Shown here piece by piece: positions 37,834 through 46,259 of a stretch of 64,000 bases of DNA. This DNA is from Desulfosudaceae bacterium (lineage in GTDB: Bacteria > Desulfobacterota > Desulfobacteria > Desulfobacterales > Desulfosudaceae): the NCBI GenBank assembly GCA_963674745.2, contig CAXXDV010000003.1:608001-672000 (forward strand), given 5' to 3'. Numbering within the stretch: position 1 is the first letter of the stretch; each line of letters begins with the position of its first letter. Under the pieces are notes generated by a model, which was not told where the DNA came from, searched no databases, and was given only the letters and a program-made list of their open reading frames with translations. The translations under genes were made by a program, and so were the position numbers.

Positions 37834-40800
37834 AAATAACGTTTCATTATCGCCTCTTTTTTGGCGGGGGCGGCGTCGATGACGGCCTGGGCAGCGGCGA
37901 TTTTCTTTTCAAGGGCTTCGATTCTGGAAACAATTTGTTTTTGTTTTTTTAGCGAAATAATCGGAACAGGAAAATTTTCATAAAATGATGCCGGTACGCG
38001 TCGGTGACCGCTTGACCCGGTCATCACTTTTTCCGCTGCTTGCCGCACTGCTTTTCGATTCAGCAAGGCAAAAAGATACTCCGGCATAAAGTTGGCGGTA
38101 TTGGCGCGTATGACATGAAATTCACTGCTGCCCATGCCAAGGCCATTGGTCAACCCTTTGGCCAAGGCGCATTTGCCGTTTTCCATGCAAGGAGTGATTT
38201 TAGCGACAATAATGTCATTTTCGGCAAAATAGGTGTAGCTGCCTTTGCGAAGTTCGCCCAGCGGTCTTTCGACAAGGCTGGCGATAAACCCGGCCTCTGA
38301 AACAGAGGCCATTTCGACAAAAGAGACCAATGTGTCGTTATTGACTGTCTTTATTTCGGCTTTAGAGGGATTTATTTTAGAGACGCTATCTATGCCCAGC
38401 TTCTTTGACGATTTTGCTTTGGTTGATATGTCGGATGTGAGTGCCTCTATGCTTTGTTTTGCGTCGGTCAACGTTTTCTGGGCTTTCTCGGTTTCTTTTT
38501 CAACAACTTTGCATGCATCCGCTATTTGCTGTTGAACATCAAGCGGCGGAAGAGGGATTTGAAAATTTGAAATAGTATCGGTATTTATTTCTTTATATTT
38601 GGAACCAGCTGGGACCAAATTCTCTAGAATTGGTCTCAAATAAACAAAAACTTGGTATAAGTATTCATAATCAATCAATTTTGGATTGCAAACAAAATTT
38701 TTATACCCTTGGTTGGTAGCTGTTGGAACACGGTTTATACACACCTCTCCAATTGTTGCTCGACTGGAGAAAATGACTGTATTCAATGGTAATAGGGTAG
38801 TAACTTTAAGCCCTTCTTTGGTAATCTTGCGTTGAGTGTCGGTAAGATATTTTTGTTTGGTATCAACAAGTGTTGCCCAACAAATATCCCCTCCCTCCCA
38901 ATAAACCGCTTTTTTGGTATCTGGTGTACCACCATTCAATATTTGTGTCACACTTGATAGTTTTACTTTAGGCCATCTTGTTTCAATGTCGCTCTTTTTA
39001 TACGCCAACAAGGCTAACTGCTTTTCAAACACCGCCCGTGAAAAATCCAGCATATCCACCAGCCTCGCCGAGTTGGCCACTGCTTGCAATTCATCGGGAA
39101 TCGCGCCCAGCTCCCCATCAAAATTCGCAACAACGTAATGATTGAGCTTGGCCGGGTTCCGGCGGTTATAACGCGTGGGATGATCCCGATCCGGCCCATC
39201 ATAAAGGGCGGTGACGTGCTTGCCGGTGGCGTCTTCGATGAGTTTGATGCCCTCGTCGCCCTTGGATGAACTCCATTCATAACCAAGAAAATGCTTGATC
39301 TCTTTGGTTCCGGAAGGGCTGCGGATGATCAATACCGGGTTGCGCTGGTTGCTTGCCATCACAAAATGGTAAAGTTTGTCGCGCTCGATGGCTTGAACAA
39401 AATTCAGGTAACGTTTGGCGATCTCCTCCTCCTGTTCGGATTTAGGAAGCCCCTGAAATTTTCTTAACTTGCGCAGGTTGACCAACTCGGCGCTTTTCTT
39501 AAATTTATCGGCATAAGGTTTGAAATGTTCATGTCGGATCCAGGCACCGTCAATATCACTGTTCAACAGTGTTTGATAATCATCCACCGGCACATTGATA
39601 TGGGCGCAATACTGCTCGATTAAATGCCTGTCCTTGTATAGCGCATGTTTTCGTTTATTGCCGCCATGGCCTTTGAACCACTCTTCCACCCGCTCGCGGT
39701 AATGCTCGGCTGTGTCCGGCGAGGTTTGTTTGCGGCGCAGAAACAGGGTAACGGTGTTGGTGCCGGTCTTGCCGAAAGTGCCGCTGCCGAATTCGGCGAT
39801 GGCGATAATATCGAAATATTGCAGCAGAATTTCGCGGGCACGGATGTAAGTGGCGCCGCCGTTGGAGAGAATCGAAGATGGTAGAATAATGGCGGCCACA
39901 CCTCCGGACTTGAGCAGTTGTTTGGCGCGCTCCACGAAAAAAGTCTCGATGCTGTTGGCCGTTTCGGCATCGTGAATGGTTTTTGTAAGGGTATAGGCCT
40001 CACGTTCCTGGTCGGGAAGGGTTTCAAGAAAACCGCGTACACTGTAAGGCGGATTGGCGACCAAAAGGTCGAAGTTTCCGTCACGGATGTCGGGAAAGGC
40101 TTCGTGGGCGTTGACCAGGGCATCACCGTAGCAGATATGAATATCCTGCTGACCGTACATAAAGGCCGAAACCTTGGCAACCTTGGAAAGTCTGTACTCC
40201 TTTTCCATGCCGTACATGGCCCGGTGATATTCGGCCAGATCAGACTGTGGTTTGTGTTGCTTCAGCAAGGGCTGGATCTGGAGCGCCAGTTCGGTGAGAA
40301 AATGCCCGGCGCCGCAGGCAAAATCTATGGCCATGGGCGGCGTGGGGCTGTTTTTGATCAGGCTTTCCAGGGGCAGGCTCATCAGGATAAAACGGCAGAT
40401 CGGCATGGGGGTGAAAAACTGGCCTTCGCTCTGTTTGATGCCCTGATCAAGAAAGCCTTCAAACATATCCCCCAGAAACTGGTTGTGGCCGTTCTGATTG
40501 GTGAGCCGGATGTTTTGCCACATTTGCAGGATTTTAAGCAGCACCTCGGCATTTTGGTAAAACAGCTTTTCGTTGTGAACGTCGATAAATGAAAAATCGT
40601 TGTTGGTAAAAAATTTCTGTTGAATGAACAGGTTCCAGACTGCCCGCTGGGTGGCATCCGGGTTCTGCCGGATGAACCGCAGCGCGTTATTGACGTCGTT
40701 CTGGTTGATATAGGTGATGTCTTCGCCGAGAAACTTACCCATGCCCGACTGATAAAGCTGTTACATCCGGTCCATCAGATCGAAATGGGTGTCGTAGGCC

Positions 40801-41681
40801 ACGCCTTTCCAGTAAAACTTGAGATCGTCGGGATTCTCGATTTCGTCCACCAGTTTGCACAGGAACAAATTAACAAGCTTGTCAAAGGCGTTTTCACGGC
40901 CCGATACATTATGCTGCCGTAGAATCGTAGCAAACTCATGGTATTTCTTCTGCTGGTCGGAGGCGGAAATAATGTGCAGATCAGCCAGGGAATACTTGTC
41001 CTTGCCGATTTGGTAGGGCTGAATATTGTCTTCAAATATGCCCCTGCTGGTGAAATCAAGCTTGTAGGTGTCGCGCCAGACCGCAAAACGCTCCTTTACG
41101 TCCGTGGCATTGTTGAAACTTTTAAAATGCGGGTTGTCGGCCAGGTATCTTTCATTATCCCGGTGGGCGATGATATGACTATGATAAATCACTTGATCGT
41201 TTTCAAAATCCGCGGTGTAAAGGCACAGGAACTGGGTTTCACTGATTTGCTGGGCATAGGAAAAAAGTTGATCACCGTCTTGCTGTGTTTTGTTCCAGGC
41301 TTTTGTAAACTCGTTGCCCGCTGTTTTACATTCAATAAGCAGCAGCGGTTTACCGAAGTTATCCCGGACAAGAATATCCGCCCGCCCGCCGCTGGCGCCC
41401 CGGCCCAGTTTCCATTTTGGCTCCAGCTCGATGTGCTCCGGCTTATAGCCCTTTTCCAGCAATCGGTGAACGCACTCGAACACGACAAAATTTTCATTGG
41501 CTGAAAAATTACAGGTTTGGCGTTCGTTGACAAACAGGCCGTCGCTCTCCGGGTACTGGAGGCTTTGCTTGGGGATATCAGCAGCCAGAGGGTAGGTCCC
41601 GATAGTTTTAAGGTAACCGGATTGGCTTTTCGTAAATCCCAGGATTTCAAGCATTTTACAGATATTGTCTTGAGTGATCAT
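37830..41681 (-). pseudogene. Single-chain restriction-modification enzyme (nuclease N-terminus, N6-adenine MTase, two TRDs) interrupted by one in-frame TAA at 40761-40763
   Basis: RADILV..LLIECK nuclease motif; IDFACGAGHFL (motif I), VANPPY (motif IV); HsdS-like GGTP..W and DIIVAKITPCMENGK. Both ORFs are in one frame: ..GAC CGG ATG TAA CAG CTT TAT CAG TCG GGC ATG.. Confidence 0.85.
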
Positions 41682-41689
41682 AACGCGAT

Positions 41690-43060
41690 TTAATCCTTTT
41701 TGCCTTTTATACCGCCAGTCCCAACAGAAGGGCCTTCTTTCATCACCTCCCATCGTCCGGCCTTGGTCGGTCCTACATGGCGGATTTTTCCAGCCTGTTT
41801 GAGCTTTTTCAGATGGTATTTAATACCGTTTTCAGAAATACCGATCTGTTGCGCCAGGCGTTTACCCGTTATCGACGGTAAAGACATCATGAGAACCATG
41901 ATTTTTTCTTGGGTAGTTTCTTGGGTAGTTTCTTGGGAAGTTTCTTGGGTAGTGCTACCCATAATATCTTCCCCTTTATAAGAGGGCCGGTCAAAGGCGG
42001 CAATAAAAAGGCCGCCGACCTCTTTAAATTGTACGGTCGGTTCTTTTTCCAGAATCAGGGTCATGCCCCGTCCCCAGGCCTCCACCATGTCAATGCGGCG
42101 GAAGAGATCGGCGATCAGCGGGTTGCGGCGTTTGGAGACATTGCCCTTGCGCAGATCGTCGATGGTCAGGTTGCCGTAAAGCTTTCCGGGATTGCGGATT
42201 TCCACGCGGTCTTTGAAGACGGCCACCTGCACGTAATCGGGATCGTAATAGTCCCGGTGACAAAAGGCGTTGATGATGGCCTCCCGCAGGGCCTCCACGG
42301 ATATTTCCGGCACATCCACCCGGCGCATCCCTTCCAGCCGCATGCCGATATGAATATTTTTTAAAATGTATTTCTGGGCCTCATCGATCAGCTCAAGGAT
42401 ATCACCGTCAAAATCGTGCCGATCGATGATAGTGGCGGTTTGGGTGGTCAGAAACACCGCGCATCGTAATTGCAGCGGTTTTTTGCCGAAAAAAAGTCTG
42501 GCTGCGTTGAGCAGACGTCCGTCTTTAATGAGCCCCAGTTTGGTCAAGGTATTGGCCGTATTATCCCAGGCAAGGTTTGCCCGGGCCACAAAGCGTTTCA
42601 GTTTGACCTGGCTAATGTCGGCCGGGGTAATTGTGCCGGGTTGATTGTCCCACCGCATGGATTCCCGGCTCTGGGCGGTCAGCAAAACGCTAAGTTGTTT
42701 TACACTCAGTTGACGGTCTTCATCGGCGACCCGCATAAAAGCCCGGCCATATGCAAAGTAGGGCGTGTCGTTACCACTGAACTCGATTTTGATGCACCGC
42801 TTGCCTTTGATGGTAACTTTTGTAACTTTTGGGAATATCTTGGGTTCGATATGAGCGGCAATGGCCTGGGACAGATCACGCAGGGTTTTGCCACCGACCG
42901 GCATCCCGGTGGCGACACCGTCATTGCGAACCCCGAACCACAGTGTTCCGGCCTGGTGCTTGTTCAATATGGCCGTCATGGATATGATCCCTTGCTTTAG
43001 TTCGGCCAGGCTTTTTTTCAACTCAACAGTCTCGCTCTCGTGAAGGTCATGCTTTGTCAT
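41690..43060 (-). CDS. AlbA_2 (Schlafen-like) / HATPase_c_4 / HTH putative transcriptional regulator
   Basis: ESETVELKKS..GTLWFGVRNDG; REAIINAFCHRDY, RNPG, RNPLIA, EAWGRG; C-terminal HTH RHVGPTKAGRW. Confidence 0.88.
   Translation of the reverse strand: MTKHDLHESETVELKKSLAELKQGIISMTAILNKHQAGTLWFGVRNDGVATGMPVGGKTLRDLSQAIAAHIEPKIFPKVTKVTIKGKRCIKIEFSGNDTPYFAYGRAFMRVADEDRQLSVKQLSVLLTAQSRESMRWDNQPGTITPADISQVKLKRFVARANLAWDNTANTLTKLGLIKDGRLLNAARLFFGKKPLQLRCAVFLTTQTATIIDRHDFDGDILELIDEAQKYILKNIHIGMRLEGMRRVDVPEISVEALREAIINAFCHRDYYDPDYVQVAVFKDRVEIRNPGKLYGNLTIDDLRKGNVSKRRNPLIADLFRRIDMVEAWGRGMTLILEKEPTVQFKEVGGLFIAAFDRPSYKGEDIMGSTTQETSQETTQETTQEKIMVLMMSLPSITGKRLAQQIGISENGIKYHLKKLKQAGKIRHVGPTKAGRWEVMKEGPSVGTGGIKGKKD
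41906..41953 (-). repeat. Four 12-bp coding repeats (TTQE/TSQE)
   Basis: ttcttgggtagt x2, ttcttgggaagt, ttcttgggtagt. Confidence 0.9.
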
Positions 43061-43227
43061 TGGATTATTCCTTCCATGGATTCTCTTTTATGGCATCCTG
43101 CCTGATTGTTATACCTATGCTGCGCCCCTTTTCTGAGATACCCTTTAATATAACATCCGCCGGAGCTTGTAAAATAAAAATGCGGATAAAAAACAAATAA
43201 ATTTCGGTTGGTTGGTAACCGAAAACA

Positions 43228-43536
43228 GGGTACGGCACGCCGTGCTCAAAATGGAAACGATTCACAATCGGGCACGGCACGCCGTGCCCCTACGGTTCGG
43301 GGTATCCCGTTGACATTGTAGGGTGGGCGACCGGCCGGTCTCCCAATTGTTCGCGATCCGGGATAGGGCGACCCGCCGGTCGCCCCTACAAGGCGCAGCA
43401 AATAACCCTGCCCCGCCGTTCGTCCGATTGTGTCGGTATGTGTGTGTAGGCACGACCCGCCGGTCGCCCCTCAGGCTCCGGCAATTAACCCTGTCGTACA
43501 GGCCCCGGCAATTAACGCTGGTCCGCCGTGCCCCTA
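43228..43536. repeat. Cluster of intact and degenerate REP palindromes plus a short direct repeat
   Basis: GGGCACGGCACGCCGTGCCCCTAC 43270-43293; GGGCGACCGGCCGGTCTCCC 43325-43344; GGGCGACCCGCCGGTCGCCCCTAC 43366-43389; AGGCYCCGGCAATTAAC twice at ~43473-43516. Confidence 0.8.
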
Positions 43537-44988
43537 AGGGTTTCCGCGGATGATGCGGATGATCAGGTTCTCCAGGATCAAACGCTGGTCCAGGCGGCTG
43601 CTCTTTAGCTGCCGGTCGGTTTCTGCCAGCGCCGTTAAAGCGGCCAGCAGTTCGGTAGTTGAAAAGGCGGCGGCTTTTTTGAAGTTCTGATAGGTGGGAA
43701 AAGGGCTGGCCGGGTTGGGGGAAATCAACAGATCAGAGGTTGGTGCTTTACGTTTGCCCGGTTTTTTGCCCGTGTCCTGGTCAGGCAGCAGCGCCTGTTG
43801 CTGGTCGAGGTGTTCGCGGATCCGGTTATCATAGTCGGTTATAGCCGGCAGCGTTTTTTTTCTGAAAGCGTCAAAAGGCATTGCATCATGCCAGTTCTTG
43901 TTTTGATCGTTGTCCATAAAGTCACGGATAACCAGCAACTTCCGGGTCTGGTTGACGATGGCGGCAATTACCTGGAGTGGGTGCAGGGGCTCGGCGCCGG
44001 ATAAAAGGCTGTCCAGCAGAAAAAGGGCCTGGGGAATATTCCTATCAAAAAGTGCCCCGGTGAGCTCATAAATCGGGTCTTTTTTTGTCCGCTTGAGCAG
44101 TTCGGTGACATCCGAAGCGGTTATGACCGTGCGGTCGCCTGTGAAAGCGATCAGTTTTTCCAGGCTGCTATGAAACGTCCGCAGGTCAAATCCGGTCATG
44201 TTGCGCAGTGCGTTAAATGCGTCCTGGGCCATGGTTTTCCCCCTGGCTTCAAGAACAGTCCGCATGATTTCGGCAAGGGCTGTTTCCTGTTTGGCGCGAT
44301 CCGCACGGTTGTCCCGGGTGGGGACACTGCAATCGATCACAACACCCCGTTCTTTTATGGTTTTGTATAGCTTGCGTCGTTTATCGACATTTTCGGCGGT
44401 GATCAGCAGGTGGTTGCCGGGTGCGAATCCTTTTTCAATGGCTGTTGTCAAGGTGGTGACCGCGTCAGCGACAGTTGTTGGGCCCAATGCCCGGTCACGA
44501 CAATAACCGGTTATCGTTTCAAGCCATGAGGGATCATTGTCTGTTGCTTCAGCGTCTTTTTGATGGATCCGTGAGCGGTCGTCGGCGGACATGTCCTCTA
44601 AATCGATGTCCATCAATGATAGCAGTTTTATAAACAGGTCGGCACCCTTTTTCAGATTCCCGTCCGTGACGGACGTTTTGATCCGTTGAACCAGATCACC
44701 GGCGTTATCTTTGGAATAAAAGATGCCGGCATCCGTCAGACCGATTACTTTGGACTCCGCATCCAGCGAAAAGGTATTGACGCGCTCAACAGCCTCATAC
44801 GTGTTGTCATCGGTCCCGGCCAGTTCTTCTAAAGAGAATTCCCGGCGATCTTCGGGGATGATACGGTCGATCAATTTCTGATAAACTGATTTGTAAAGGT
44901 ATTCTTCGCCGAAAATCAGGTAGACGCCGGCCGGTGAAAAATCGTCACTGATATAAGATTTAAACTGGCTGTAGGTTATTTCGGCCAT
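43534..44988 (-). CDS. holA: DNA polymerase III delta subunit (long form)
   Basis: VYLIFGEEYL, VDKRRKLYK, DLRTFHSSLEKL, IYELTGA, ETDRQLKSS; TAATG overlap with lgt. Confidence 0.85.
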   Translation of the reverse strand: MAEITYSQFKSYISDDFSPAGVYLIFGEEYLYKSVYQKLIDRIIPEDRREFSLEELAGTDDNTYEAVERVNTFSLDAESKVIGLTDAGIFYSKDNAGDLVQRIKTSVTDGNLKKGADLFIKLLSLMDIDLEDMSADDRSRIHQKDAEATDNDPSWLETITGYCRDRALGPTTVADAVTTLTTAIEKGFAPGNHLLITAENVDKRRKLYKTIKERGVVIDCSVPTRDNRADRAKQETALAEIMRTVLEARGKTMAQDAFNALRNMTGFDLRTFHSSLEKLIAFTGDRTVITASDVTELLKRTKKDPIYELTGALFDRNIPQALFLLDSLLSGAEPLHPLQVIAAIVNQTRKLLVIRDFMDNDQNKNWHDAMPFDAFRKKTLPAITDYDNRIREHLDQQQALLPDQDTGKKPGKRKAPTSDLLISPNPASPFPTYQNFKKAAAFSTTELLAALTALAETDRQLKSSRLDQRLILENLIIRIIRGNP

Positions 44989-45764
44989 TATTGGCTGTTG
45001 CGTTTGTTTCGAATGGTTATAATGATTAAACATATGGCGGCAAATATGGCTGCCGCCAGGCCGATCGTCTGGGATGTGGAAAGAAAATCAAATATCGGCC
45101 GACCTCGTTCATCGCCCCTGAAGAGTTCGATAAAGGATCGAGACAGACCGTAAAGCAGAAGATAGAAAAAAATCATCCGCCCGGAGAATTTACCTGAGCG
45201 GTGCATCAGCAGCAGGACAAGGAAAATCAGAAAATTACCGGCCGAACTGTAAAGCTGGGTCGGATGCAAAGGCGTGTGCAGTGGCCAGGCCAGGGAGTCC
45301 TTGTTGGTGAAGGTGACGGCCCAGGGCAGGCTGCATGACTTGCCGTAGCAGCATCCGGCAAAAAAGCATCCGATTCTGGCCACGCTGTGGGCCAGGGGCG
45401 TACCGACCGCAATTATATCCATGATTTTGCCTAACGGCAATTTCTGCTGTCTGACATAGATAAGCACAAAGGCAAAGCCGGCCAGAAAACCGCCATAAAA
45501 TACCAGCCCGCCCTTCCAGAGCTTGAAAATTTCAAGCGGATCGTCGCGGAATAATGGAAAGTACAAGACAACGTAAAACAAGCGGGAACCGACAAGTCCG
45601 GCAATAATGCTGTAAAAAAAAAGATTCAAAAGCGGTTCAGATGGCAATTCCTGCTTTTTGGCCTGATAAAGAACAAACCAGAGCGCGGTCAGCAGCGCCA
45701 ATGCTGAAAAAAAGCCGTAGGTATAAATGGTCAGCGGGCCGATTTTAAATAAGACAGGATGCAT
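44988..45764 (-). CDS. lgt: Prolipoprotein diacylglyceryl transferase
   Basis: MHPVLFKIGPLTIYTYG, GGLVFYGG, RIGCFFAGCCYG, HPTQLY. Confidence 0.95.
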   Translation of the reverse strand: MHPVLFKIGPLTIYTYGFFSALALLTALWFVLYQAKKQELPSEPLLNLFFYSIIAGLVGSRLFYVVLYFPLFRDDPLEIFKLWKGGLVFYGGFLAGFAFVLIYVRQQKLPLGKIMDIIAVGTPLAHSVARIGCFFAGCCYGKSCSLPWAVTFTNKDSLAWPLHTPLHPTQLYSSAGNFLIFLVLLLMHRSGKFSGRMIFFYLLLYGLSRSFIELFRGDERGRPIFDFLSTSQTIGLAAAIFAAICLIIITIRNKRNSQ

Positions 45765-45766
45765 GG

Positions 45767-46249
45767 TTATACCGGTACTTTTTTTACGATAATAAAGAAC
45801 AGCAGCACGGCCATTCCAATGGAAATGGCACTGTCAGCCAGGTTGAAAGCCGGCCAGTGCATCAGATACAGGTCAAAATCAAGAAAATCGACCACCGCGC
45901 CGTAGCGGAACCGGTCGATCAGGTTGCCCACCGCCCCGCCGAATATAAGGGACAGCCCGGCCAGTAAAAAGGGATGCTTGCGGGGGGTCTTGACATACAG
46001 GTAGAGAATGAACCCCGCGGCCAGCAAAGACACCAGAATAAAGAGGGTAATGCGGATCTGGTGTGTTTGCCCGGCCAGAAAGCCGAAGGCGCCGCCGGGG
46101 TTGTGGACCCGGGTAATATTAAAGAACCCGGGAATAACGGTAATGGTCTGATATGCTGAAAGGTACTTCAGAATTATCAGTTTTGTGACCTGATCCAGTA
46201 GGATGGTCAGGCCGGCAACAATAAAAATGATCAGATGTTTAGGGCTCAT
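45767..46249 (-). CDS. lspA: Lipoprotein signal peptidase II
   Basis: DQVTK, NPGGAFG, GNLIDR, VVDF, AFNLAD. Confidence 0.96.
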   Translation of the reverse strand: MSPKHLIIFIVAGLTILLDQVTKLIILKYLSAYQTITVIPGFFNITRVHNPGGAFGFLAGQTHQIRITLFILVSLLAAGFILYLYVKTPRKHPFLLAGLSLIFGGAVGNLIDRFRYGAVVDFLDFDLYLMHWPAFNLADSAISIGMAVLLFFIIVKKVPV

Positions 46250-46259
46250 TCTTTATGCT

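Noticed and set aside
40761..40763. Programmed recoding or frameshift in the R-M gene
   Set aside because: The stop is TAA, both parts are in the same frame, and no slippery sequence is seen
41690..43060. RecG helicase
   Set aside because: No SF2 helicase motifs; only the AlbA_2/HATPase_c_4/HTH architecture that is often mislabelled RecG
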